Source: a virus
Taxonomy: Duplodnaviria > Caudoviricetes
DNA: 64,000 nucleotides
Virus record (IMG/VR): IMGVR_UViG_3300002220_003854
Location: 23,967-87,966 of that record
Direction: 5' to 3' (one strand)
Positions 37,624 to 46,698 of this stretch are shown piece after piece (positions within the stretch are counted from its first letter, which is position 1; each line of letters opens with the position of its first letter). Under the pieces are notes generated by a model. It was given only the letters and a program-made list of their open reading frames with translations, was not told the origin of the DNA and searched no databases. The position numbers and the translations under genes are program-made.

Positions 37624-39299
37624 GTTATAACCCTATACCCAAATCCTGCGGGACTAGATCGTCCGATTCTAGTCAAGAAACTATTAAATCCTAGCCGAGC
37701 ACTTTCTTGATCGTTTGCCCTAGCTATAAAAGTACCAAGACTTGTGTTAGGGTCAGATACTAAATAAACTTCGTATCTTTGATTGCCTGCGCCTGCGGTA
37801 TTAGTTGGAGCAACTTCTGGTTGAGTTATACCTTTGCGTTTTTCTTGGGCAGTTCTGATCAAGCTAATTAGTTGTGCTTTTGGTAGCTCGCCGGCAGCAT
37901 AATTTGCAAAGTATGCAAGAATGTCATTGTTAGATTTTGGTTGTAATAATACATATAGTTTCTTTAAATAATCTTTGCGAAACTTATTCGGATCGCATGC
38001 TGCGTCTAATGCAACTACAAATCTCAACAATGTGTTTTCTAATTTAGATATGTCTTCATCTAACCAATTGCCGCCTGGACTACGAAATTCTACATAACCA
38101 TCATGCGTATTAATGCTAGTATATTTGTCCGTCATACCAGTATGAATCAATTTAGAAGCCAACACCGACAGGCCTGATTTCATTTTATCTAAAACTTCGC
38201 CGACTCTGGCTGGGTTGTTACTTATGAACGTACCAATCTTTTGTGCCGCACTTTTAGCGTATGCATTACCCATTCTGTTATACTGATCTAATACGTACTC
38301 GTCACCTAATAACAACGCTAACTTTACGTAATCTAACTTTTCTATTGAGAAATTAGGTACGCTTACATTCATATGTAATCCAGTAGATTCGTTAGTATAA
38401 CAACCCTTGTCTTTAGCCCAAGCTACGATCTTGTTTAAGTCGATTAACATCGCATCAATGGGCAAGGGCGGGCTGACGAATTCTAATCCACCATCATTAC
38501 TCTCGTCCGGGTCAAGACTGCTATCTGGTTCAATGACATATTGATCAGGCTTTCGTTCTGCTCCATGATATGTTGTCGAATATTCTACTTTACGACCTAT
38601 CGCTGTACTGAATTCGTTTGCTACGGTTTTGACATCTAACTCCATATCACCCTGAGGAGAAGTCCAATGTGGCCAAATTAAATCATACTGGGATTCTACA
38701 TCCTGCATAGAATTTATGCCTTGGTCTCGTAACCAATCTGTTTCAGAAGGCTCCTCTACACTTTCTCGCCATGAGTCGTAAGCTCTATTGTACAGCCGAC
38801 CTTGATCTTCCCATTCACTGTCGAGCCATTCTTCTTTTAGTTCCTCAACTCTTTTTTGCACCTTCTCGTCGTCAGGGTCTGTTATCTCTAATTCTTCCAT
38901 GGCTGTTTCAATGGCGTCTTCTTCGTCAAAGTAATCTTCTACGTATTCGTTAAATTCATCTCGTCCTTCTGAATTCCATTGTTCAACTATTTGCTCTTCC
39001 GCCCATTCTTGATATTCGTTCTCCAGGTCTCTTATCACCCGCCGCACTGCACTTGAGCTATTATACTCCCCTGCGAAAAAATTATAAATATCGGCAAAAT
39101 CTACTACTCGTTCGTCTTGATCGTAATCGCGTTCTTGGTCAACATCTTCGTCTTCAATTGCTATGTCAGGAACAATCATTTCAAATTCCATACCAGCTAA
39201 TGCATTAGTTTGTGCGGCAAGTTTTCTTAGGTTACTAGGACTCATTACTACTTCGTCTAGTAACTGCGGGGTTTCAATGACAAATTCTTTAAATCGCAT
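37620..39299 (-). CDS. leader-bearing putative amidoligase (COOH-NH2 ligase) with acidic insert
   Basis: MRFKEFVIET; GMEFE, EPDSSL, GLEFVSPPL, STGLHMNVS, KYTSIN, VEFRSPGG. Confidence 0.8.
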   Translation of the reverse strand: MRFKEFVIETPQLLDEVVMSPSNLRKLAAQTNALAGMEFEMIVPDIAIEDEDVDQERDYDQDERVVDFADIYNFFAGEYNSSSAVRRVIRDLENEYQEWAEEQIVEQWNSEGRDEFNEYVEDYFDEEDAIETAMEELEITDPDDEKVQKRVEELKEEWLDSEWEDQGRLYNRAYDSWRESVEEPSETDWLRDQGINSMQDVESQYDLIWPHWTSPQGDMELDVKTVANEFSTAIGRKVEYSTTYHGAERKPDQYVIEPDSSLDPDESNDGGLEFVSPPLPIDAMLIDLNKIVAWAKDKGCYTNESTGLHMNVSVPNFSIEKLDYVKLALLLGDEYVLDQYNRMGNAYAKSAAQKIGTFISNNPARVGEVLDKMKSGLSVLASKLIHTGMTDKYTSINTHDGYVEFRSPGGNWLDEDISKLENTLLRFVVALDAACDPNKFRKDYLKKLYVLLQPKSNNDILAYFANYAAGELPKAQLISLIRTAQEKRKGITQPEVAPTNTAGAGNQRYEVYLVSDPNTSLGTFIARANDQESARLGFNSFLTRIGRSSPAGFGYRVIT

Positions 39300-39314
39300 A
39301 TGGCTTAACTTTTA

Positions 39315-39965
39315 TCATGATCCGTCACCTGCATAGAACGGATCACTGATTACAATATGTCCGTCGCTACCTAGCATGAAGTTACCACTGTGTAAATCTA
39401 AATACCTTAATCCTAGCTTTTTGCCTAATTTCATTAAATCATAAATAGTATCCCATAGCATGTTAAGCCCATCTTCGCCTAAATGCATGACCAATTGCTC
39501 AGTTTCTTTAGAAGTATAGGCTCTTGCCATGAGGTCAGATAAGAATTTTTTTCTATCATCAGGAGTCGCAAAGCGTTCAGCGCGATCAGCAATCACTGAT
39601 AATACCTCATTCCACCCGGCTGCAGCACCTGTAAAAGGAAACAATCTTTCCATTTTAATCTGCAGATAAGTTCGACCATTGAACTGAAACGTTGCCCAAT
39701 CTGTAAAGTTTGGCAGAAATGGATTGGTTGGATGAGCGAGACAGTAATCTGCGTAAGCTTTAAATATTTTCTGACTTTTTGTAAGTTGTGACACTCCCCC
39801 ACCAGACTGACGACTTGAACCAAATATCTTCAATATCATTCCGTCTGGGGCTAGATATGCAGCTTGATCAACGCCACTGCTCAAATATTTATATCCTTTG
39901 TCTACTAAAATCTTCTTGATATCAGGATCCATATAAGATTCTAATAATATTTCTTGAATTTTCAT
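39315..39965 (-). CDS. leader-bearing protein-kinase-like enzyme 3
   Basis: MKIQEILLES; SSGVDQAAY, ILKIF, DLHSGNFM, ISDPF; paralog of 14317. Confidence 0.85.
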   Translation of the reverse strand: MKIQEILLESYMDPDIKKILVDKGYKYLSSGVDQAAYLAPDGMILKIFGSSRQSGGGVSQLTKSQKIFKAYADYCLAHPTNPFLPNFTDWATFQFNGRTYLQIKMERLFPFTGAAAGWNEVLSVIADRAERFATPDDRKKFLSDLMARAYTSKETEQLVMHLGEDGLNMLWDTIYDLMKLGKKLGLRYLDLHSGNFMLGSDGHIVISDPFYAGDGS

Positions 39966-40405
39966 TATTCTCGGCCCTTCTTAAGAATAGACCTAATAAA
40001 CCAAGCCTTCTTTCCATATAAGTCTTGCAGTTCAGCCATGAAATTAGCTACACCTTGCTCATTTTCTGTAGTTGCTTCGTTGAATATAGTTATTGCGCAT
40101 TGAATCATTTTTTCAATGTCATCTAATGTTTCCGCAAACATCAACTCTGCGCGAGGAATCTTTGTTTGGTCTTGAATAAATGTTAGTTCTGCGTACCGCT
40201 GAAGACTGCCCGGAGTATAAGAACCTAAAATTCTTATATACTCAGCAATTCTATCTATGGTGCCGTTTACATCATTATATAAATCATCATAAAATTTGTG
40301 GTATTCTAAGAAATTAGACCCCTCCACACACCAATGGAAATTTTGTGCTTTTATGGCAAAGCTTTGTGTACTAGCGAGTAGTATCTTTAAACTGTCAGTG
40401 AGCAT
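39965..40405 (-). CDS. dps: Dps ferritin-like protein
   Basis: KAQNFHWCVEGSNFLEYHKFYDDLY...DRIAEYIRILG...KKAWFIRS. Confidence 0.92.
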   Translation of the reverse strand: MLTDSLKILLASTQSFAIKAQNFHWCVEGSNFLEYHKFYDDLYNDVNGTIDRIAEYIRILGSYTPGSLQRYAELTFIQDQTKIPRAELMFAETLDDIEKMIQCAITIFNEATTENEQGVANFMAELQDLYGKKAWFIRSILKKGRE

Positions 40406-40407
40406 TG

Positions 40408-42186
40408 TTAAACCTCATTTGGATATTTATTACCCCCTTCATTTTGAAGGCCTTTCACGATTGAACTTTCTTTCTTCATTGGCACGCAATTAGGTACAGT
40501 TTTGCCATTCTTCTTTTTAGTGCCGACAGGCGAATACCCTTTCCAGCATGGGTTGTCAGTCTTTAAATTTTCATCTAGTAGAGTTCTCAATAGACTTTTT
40601 GCATTCTTTAAATCATCGAATCCACTAGTGCCCTGACCGCGCACTCGCATTCCATTTTTATCTAATACTTCATACCAAGTCTTACCAAATTTATCGGTAT
40701 ACTTCCTAATCTTTGGTTTTGGTTCAGACTCTTCCACTAAACCTTTCTTATCAGAAAGCTGTATATTGTAAAAATTAACAGGCATCAATAATGACTTGCT
40801 TTTTCGGCTTATTTCATTTTCTCGTAGCTTGTCGCCAAATACCATATTCTCACTTATAACTATCCCAGTAGACCCGGGTTCCCCAGACTCTCGTGACTTA
40901 ATCCATTCTTGTTTTAATGATGAGCTATCGACTTGATTGCCGTTTTGGTCTTTGATTGTCAATCCTCGCGGTGATTTGATCAAATGCAAAAGCCACTTAA
41001 TTCCTTCAGAGGTCATCGGTTCGTCTGGGGATATAGTAATTTTTTTGCCCTTTACATGAACCAAAAATCCAAGCAACGCTCTAACTACTCCGGCTGCTTG
41101 CGTGAAGTTTTTTATATTTTTTAAATGGTCATTTTTAAATCCAAGAAACGCAGATGGTTTACCATCTACTACTAGAAAGTATACTTTTTCGGATCCAGTT
41201 AAAGCTAACATCACCTCATTACCTTCAATCTTACCAATTACTTTACCAATCTTTAGTAAATTGTCAGAAGAATAGTTGCTGGTATCTAATTTGTCTGCAT
41301 ACCCCAATTCGCTTAATTGACTTTCTGCTACACTTAACTCTTTGATTCCTTGAATTTCATCTGGGCCAGCTAACTCAAAATTATATTTCAACGACATTAT
41401 ATTTCTAAATTTATCATACGAATTAGTATTGTCAAAAAAGAAAGTTACAGCAACCAGTTTATCAGATATATGCTTATTAGGAAACTCGGTTTCTCGTCCG
41501 TCACTTAATCTTACTCTAAACATGTTACCGTTTTTTTCTAACAAAGTTACTATGGCAGGATATTGCAACTGCATTACTTTATTATTCACCATACCTAAAA
41601 CAGCAGTTATGTATTTTTTGTTCTTAGCTAATGGGGATGACATAGCAGATAACGAAGAAAAATAATCAGCAGTTTTCTTATCATTAGATTCAAAAAGATT
41701 AGTGTTACTAGTGAAATATGTTTCAACTATCTCCAATCTCTCCTTCATCCCAATGCCATCGTAATCTGTCCAATTGAACTGTTTTACTTTACCTTCACTC
41801 AAATCACCGGAATACATTTGTTTCATTTCATCCCAGTAATCATACATGTCTTTGTAGCCGTGTTTCTTTGCGGCTCTAGTAATCAAATCACCAACTTTAA
41901 AATCCTCAATGCCATGCTTTTTAAACCACGGTATCAACCAATCGATTGGGTCGCCGTCGGGAAAAACCTGTCCAACTACGTCTTCGACCTTACGCCAGAT
42001 AGTATCTAATGTTAGTTTTGGTTTGGCAGGCTGCGGCGCTGCAGGCACCTTCTTAAATTGATCAGCGTAAGCCTTCATTTGCATACGATTGTCGTATGCT
42101 TTTTTCTTAGCCCAATTTTTGGGGTCATCCGGATTGAATGGATACCCGCTACCCACGGCTTCAGTTATAAACTCGCATGACTTCAT
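40408..42186 (-). CDS. leader-bearing modular protein
   Basis: MKSCEFITEA (likely true start); module shared with 11216; C-terminal PCWKGY..VPNCVP. Confidence 0.75.
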   Translation of the reverse strand: MKSCEFITEAVGSGYPFNPDDPKNWAKKKAYDNRMQMKAYADQFKKVPAAPQPAKPKLTLDTIWRKVEDVVGQVFPDGDPIDWLIPWFKKHGIEDFKVGDLITRAAKKHGYKDMYDYWDEMKQMYSGDLSEGKVKQFNWTDYDGIGMKERLEIVETYFTSNTNLFESNDKKTADYFSSLSAMSSPLAKNKKYITAVLGMVNNKVMQLQYPAIVTLLEKNGNMFRVRLSDGRETEFPNKHISDKLVAVTFFFDNTNSYDKFRNIMSLKYNFELAGPDEIQGIKELSVAESQLSELGYADKLDTSNYSSDNLLKIGKVIGKIEGNEVMLALTGSEKVYFLVVDGKPSAFLGFKNDHLKNIKNFTQAAGVVRALLGFLVHVKGKKITISPDEPMTSEGIKWLLHLIKSPRGLTIKDQNGNQVDSSSLKQEWIKSRESGEPGSTGIVISENMVFGDKLRENEISRKSKSLLMPVNFYNIQLSDKKGLVEESEPKPKIRKYTDKFGKTWYEVLDKNGMRVRGQGTSGFDDLKNAKSLLRTLLDENLKTDNPCWKGYSPVGTKKKNGKTVPNCVPMKKESSIVKGLQNEGGNKYPNEV

Positions 42187-42187
42187 G

Positions 42188-43117
42188 TTAATCTTTCTTC
42201 TTAGTGTGCTGAGGTAAACCTTTATGTTTGGTTTTAGCGAAGTCTTCTGCATCGCTTTTCTTCATAGTCTTCGCTACTTTTGCGACTTCTTTACTAGGAG
42301 CTTTTTCTCCCTTTTGAGTAGCATGAACCATTCCCATGAATTTTTGCTGTGCTTTGCTTACTGCTTTCTCGTTAATTTTAGCTTCGCCGACACCACCACC
42401 TGCGATAACACCTTCATTGGCTACGACAAAGGCGTTCAATGCTTTTGCTACGATTGGTGCTAAATCATGTTTGACACACTCTAACACACTATTACCCCTG
42501 CTATCACTGACCCATAAACCTTCCGACTTGAAGGGCGGTCTGAAAGCACTCAGTGGAGTATTGGCTGTGTTTTTTCCATGCAAGCCCGGCTTTAATCTAG
42601 TACCCTTATCTGGGCTTATTATTTTGTCTTGTTCGTCTAGTTTAGCTTCTTCGACTTTCTCTGGCTTTTTGTCGGGTTGTTTTGCCATTGATTGCCGTAT
42701 TTCTTGCTTGGTCTTACCATACTTCTCTTTGAACTCTTTGTCAGTCAATCCATCTGGCCCTGTCTTCAGATCCATTGCCAATTGCTTTACTTTGCCTTCG
42801 TTGATGCTGGTTTCTTTTTCAGGCTTATTCCCCATAGACTTACGCATTTCTTGCTTGGTCTTACCATACTTCTCTTTGAACTCTTTGTCAGTCAATCCAT
42901 CTGGCCCCGTCTTTAGATCCATTGCCAATTGCTTTACTTTGCCTTCATTAATACTGTTAGCATAAGGACCTTTTTTTTGATTGCCTGACATTACTTTGTC
43001 AATAGTTTTCAAGCCGCGAACGTCTGGTCTCTTGTTCATTTCTCCCATTGGCTTAGCCACAGTGGCTACACTTCCTGCAGTAGTAGCCATTTCATTAATA
43101 ATTTGATTGATTTTCAT
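42188..43117 (-). CDS. leader-bearing basic protein with 49-aa tandem duplication and DUF3008-like tail
   Basis: MKINQIINEM; SINEGKVKQLAMDLKTGPDG twice; SKAQQKFMG..AKTKHKGLP. Confidence 0.75.
   Translation of the reverse strand: MKINQIINEMATTAGSVATVAKPMGEMNKRPDVRGLKTIDKVMSGNQKKGPYANSINEGKVKQLAMDLKTGPDGLTDKEFKEKYGKTKQEMRKSMGNKPEKETSINEGKVKQLAMDLKTGPDGLTDKEFKEKYGKTKQEIRQSMAKQPDKKPEKVEEAKLDEQDKIISPDKGTRLKPGLHGKNTANTPLSAFRPPFKSEGLWVSDSRGNSVLECVKHDLAPIVAKALNAFVVANEGVIAGGGVGEAKINEKAVSKAQQKFMGMVHATQKGEKAPSKEVAKVAKTMKKSDAEDFAKTKHKGLPQHTKKKD
42698..42952 (-). repeat. 147-nt-period tandem duplication
   Basis: Near-identical copies starting at about 42701 and 42848. Confidence 0.9.
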
Positions 43118-43160
43118 GTAAGTCCCGATATATTAGTGTATTTATCAAAATACCATTTAA

Positions 43161-44267
43161 TCAGAACTTACCATTTGGATTCGCCGTCGGCGGAATACCA
43201 GCCCTACTAGTATACATATTAAATGCTTTAGCATTCTTTTTAATACTGTCAGGCTTTACGTCTACTGTTAATGCAGTTTTGAATCTGGGATCATTTTTTT
43301 CCTTCTCGGAAGGAATATAACCAGACGCTTCTTCTAAGTTAGCGCCAATAAGCTTTGTATAATAGCCAGGATCTTCTGCCAAATGATCTAACGCGATTTC
43401 CCTTGCGATTTGTTCATCTTTGGTGTGTTCAAGTTCAACTTGAATACCTTTAAACAATTGATCTAATATATGTTCTCTGCTGACTTTATGCTTATTAACT
43501 AAATCACTGATTGTAGGAGTAGGCTTACTAAGAACATTATTCTCTGTAGCGTACATATTTTCTACACTAAGGCTCTTGCTATGTAACTTATCTCTTAATG
43601 CATATAATTTAGTGATGTACCCTTGACTACGCACCATCTTATAAGCTAGATTTTCAGGGCCGAATTCACCTGCCTTATCTAGCCCAGCCTGTCTGTAGTT
43701 TCGTATCTTCTTTAAGACTTTATTAACTTTGTCTACATCTTCTGATTCTAAAGTACGAACAATCAATTGGTATAACTTATTGTACTTTGATTTAGTTGAT
43801 ATCTGGTCTAGATTGGCTCTGCGTTTTACAGGTAACTTCAACCATTTGTCTGATAACACACTGTACTCACCTAAGCTAATTACAGGTTCGTTGCTATCTT
43901 GTACGTACAATTCAACTGGTACACCGCGAATAGTTATATCGTGATTATCATTGTATATATTCTTTTTAGCGGTGAACAATTCTTGATAAACTTCATTGTT
44001 TTCGAATTTTGATAAGTCAATGATTATATGTAAATCTAAATCACTGTGGGAGGTATATGAAAAAGCAGCATTCGATCCTGAAATCGTAATATCTTTTACA
44101 TCTAAATTAGATACACCTAATTCTTCCATGAAATCTTCAGCAATGATTAGTAGTTGCTTTTTTACATCTGGGCGTAGGCGTTGTCCTATCCAAAGCTTTG
44201 GATTCAGTGTGTCGTGAAACTTGATAGCGTCACTCATCTTGAAAGATTCTAAGGTTTTAATGTCCAT
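43161..44267 (-). CDS. Pol-beta-superfamily nucleotidyltransferase fused to a DUF5661-like domain
   Basis: ISGSNAAFSYTSHSDLDLHI; VELYVQD; KGIQVELEHTKD..IALDHLAEDPGYYTKL. Confidence 0.75.
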   Translation of the reverse strand: MDIKTLESFKMSDAIKFHDTLNPKLWIGQRLRPDVKKQLLIIAEDFMEELGVSNLDVKDITISGSNAAFSYTSHSDLDLHIIIDLSKFENNEVYQELFTAKKNIYNDNHDITIRGVPVELYVQDSNEPVISLGEYSVLSDKWLKLPVKRRANLDQISTKSKYNKLYQLIVRTLESEDVDKVNKVLKKIRNYRQAGLDKAGEFGPENLAYKMVRSQGYITKLYALRDKLHSKSLSVENMYATENNVLSKPTPTISDLVNKHKVSREHILDQLFKGIQVELEHTKDEQIAREIALDHLAEDPGYYTKLIGANLEEASGYIPSEKEKNDPRFKTALTVDVKPDSIKKNAKAFNMYTSRAGIPPTANPNGKF

Positions 44268-44302
44268 ACTCTATTTATTGCACTTGCAAGGTGGCATGGT
44301 AT

Positions 44303-44326
44303 AAAGCCCCTTTCGGGGCCTTGTTT
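44303..44326 (-). terminator. hairpin terminator
   Basis: GCCCC-GAAA-GGGGC followed by TTT. Confidence 0.65.
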
Positions 44327-45221
44327 ACGTTAATTCTTTTCCAGTTTGATCAACTAACTGAACTTTGTTTGCCCTTATCTGTTCTTCTAGATACATAGGT
44401 CCTATAGTATTCATTAAATGTTGTTGGTTTTCTTGACAGAACACGTAAGATCCACTGTGGCGCAATAGAACGCGTTTATCCACATAAATTTTACCACCTA
44501 AGTCACGCCAGTTCTCGCAGGCTGTCCAATCTTCGGAGTAGTAACGGTTCTGACGAACTGCTGTATCAAAGTATGTTTTTAGGTATTTATCATATTTTGG
44601 ATCTATGCCAATGTCATTCTTGTATGGTTTTACTGCAGGATGATTATTCATCTTTTCGAAGACATGCTTTTTCATGAGCAAGAATCCTGTGCCGGCTTTA
44701 CTAACTTCTTGTAGACCATCTGGACCTTCTTCTGCTCCGTCGAATCCGTTCACGACCCATTTAATGGGCATAGTTTTCATTGGATACAATCCACCTATGA
44801 TATCAACATCACGATTTAGTAGAACCAATAGATGCCATGGTTCCCAACCAATATCAGCGTCAATGAACATTAAATGAGTTGCATCTGGCATATCTAAGAA
44901 TTTAGCAGTTAATGTGTTTCTAGCCCGACTGATCAATGATTCATTGACCATTGTTTCTAGTGTCCAATCAAGCCCTAGTTGTCTTGCAGTATTAGCCCAC
45001 TTAATGAAGCTCATGAATGTCGATTCAGTGAGCATCCCGCCATAGCAAGGCATTGAAATATGAACTCTAGTTTTCTTTAGAAAATCCACATTCACCTGCA
45101 CTTGGCCAGGCTGTAGTTTTTGTTCTTCTTTTGGCTGCTCTGTTACTGCGGCGGATTGTTCAACTACTTCTTGTAGTTGTTCAACTGGTACTGTCTTTTT
45201 GGATGATTTTCTTGTTGCCAT
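44325..45221 (-). CDS. GT-A-like glycosyltransferase
   Basis: SMPCYGG, ESLISRARN, HLMFIDADIGW, GTGFLLM, YYSEDW. Confidence 0.8.
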   Translation of the reverse strand: MATRKSSKKTVPVEQLQEVVEQSAAVTEQPKEEQKLQPGQVQVNVDFLKKTRVHISMPCYGGMLTESTFMSFIKWANTARQLGLDWTLETMVNESLISRARNTLTAKFLDMPDATHLMFIDADIGWEPWHLLVLLNRDVDIIGGLYPMKTMPIKWVVNGFDGAEEGPDGLQEVSKAGTGFLLMKKHVFEKMNNHPAVKPYKNDIGIDPKYDKYLKTYFDTAVRQNRYYSEDWTACENWRDLGGKIYVDKRVLLRHSGSYVFCQENQQHLMNTIGPMYLEEQIRANKVQLVDQTGKELT

Positions 45222-45272
45222 GTATTCCTCGTAAAAATATACAACTATTTAATTACGAGGAACAGTATCAAA

Positions 45273-46697
45273 TTATTTTTCTTCGAGGTAGTCTATAGTT
45301 TCTGAAATATTAGATTTGGATATCATACTTTTAATTTGTGAAACATCTTTCTTAAGATTTTCTATTTCTTTATCCTGCATGACATCTTCTTCTTCGCTGT
45401 GCTTTAATGCACGTTGAACAAATTTGATAAAAGCTTGCTGCTTAGTGGGTGCATTAGGATAATGCTGTTGAGCATATCTTAGTAACTCATCAGTCTCAAT
45501 ATCACCCTTCATGAAAAGGTCTTCTTTATCTCCGGGGCCTTTTTGCTCAGTGATGTGATTCCTGATAGATAGGTCCCCACTAGCTTGCAAAGTTAATAAA
45601 GTGACAGCTTGGGCCGCGGATCTTTTATCACCAAAGAATGCACTATACATTAAATGATGTCCTTTGTATTCTGCATTTTCTGTTCTTGGCCATACGTCAG
45701 TAGGATCATTATTGAATTCAAATTGCTTAATACTACGATCACTCGGATCTCTGAATATCTTTGTTATTGTTTTTGGTGTGAGAAAACCCCAAAGCTCTAC
45801 TGAATCTCCTTGTAGTTGAGCATTAATAATGGCAACTTTGTTACCAACTTTGATGTTCAATGCGTCAAATTGATCTACTTTTTTCAATAGAGACAAAAAC
45901 TGCTTACCACCTGCAACATGAGTTGATTCATTAATTGAGTTTTTGGTAGCGGCAAAAATAGTAGAACATACTGTATAATGCCTGTTATGACTTGATATAG
46001 GCACACCGTCTAACCTGAGATTTTTAGCAAATTTAATAGAATGCTCTTTTAGCTCAGTTTCTGAATCTAGTTGCTTAACAAATAGTTTGTTTTTACCTTC
46101 GGATACTTCTAGTGGCGCGCCCATAATTTCATCGAACATACCAACGACATTTTGTGCTAGTTTGGGATTCTTTTGTGCGACAGGGTATAAACTCATTACT
46201 AGTGCAGTCTTACGCGTGTCGTTTAGTGTAGGCCATGCTTTGCGAATTTGCGTGGCGCTTGTTATACCAGGCCCAAACTCAACAGTGGGCAAGTATTCTA
46301 AATACGCATGCTTGCCAAATGGTTGTACATTCTTTCCAGTCCACGGCTGAAAGTATGCAGGACTTCCGTCTTTCTTTACACCGCCTGGTTTAGGTTGTTC
46401 ATTACGATCTTTTTCACTGCGAACAAAAACTAAAACATCTTTGTTAGGATCGTATTGTTGTGTTATCTCTCTAGCTTGAAAGGGGCTCTTGACTTGAACG
46501 AAATGTCCTGGTTCAACTCCTGCCAATTTAGCTAATTTTTCTTTCAGTGCGAACGGGAAAGGTCTTTCGCTTTGATCATTAGTTGCGGCTACATATACAT
46601 CAGCATCAGGAAATGCTTTTTTTGCAGATTGATACAACGCATAATGACCGGCGTGAAATGGGTGATAACCACCCGGTTGAATAACGATAAGACTCAT
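45273..46697 (-). CDS. HIGH-motif nucleotidyl/cytidylyltransferase with accessory modules
   Basis: GGYHPFHAGHY; ITSATQIR; C-terminal module shared with 34608. Confidence 0.75.
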   Translation of the reverse strand: MSLIVIQPGGYHPFHAGHYALYQSAKKAFPDADVYVAATNDQSERPFPFALKEKLAKLAGVEPGHFVQVKSPFQAREITQQYDPNKDVLVFVRSEKDRNEQPKPGGVKKDGSPAYFQPWTGKNVQPFGKHAYLEYLPTVEFGPGITSATQIRKAWPTLNDTRKTALVMSLYPVAQKNPKLAQNVVGMFDEIMGAPLEVSEGKNKLFVKQLDSETELKEHSIKFAKNLRLDGVPISSHNRHYTVCSTIFAATKNSINESTHVAGGKQFLSLLKKVDQFDALNIKVGNKVAIINAQLQGDSVELWGFLTPKTITKIFRDPSDRSIKQFEFNNDPTDVWPRTENAEYKGHHLMYSAFFGDKRSAAQAVTLLTLQASGDLSIRNHITEQKGPGDKEDLFMKGDIETDELLRYAQQHYPNAPTKQQAFIKFVQRALKHSEEEDVMQDKEIENLKKDVSQIKSMISKSNISETIDYLEEK

Positions 46698-46698
46698 G

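Noticed and set aside
42336-42965. 209-aa plus-strand ORF with a repeat
   Set aside because: Antisense shadow of the duplicated 42188..43117 gene
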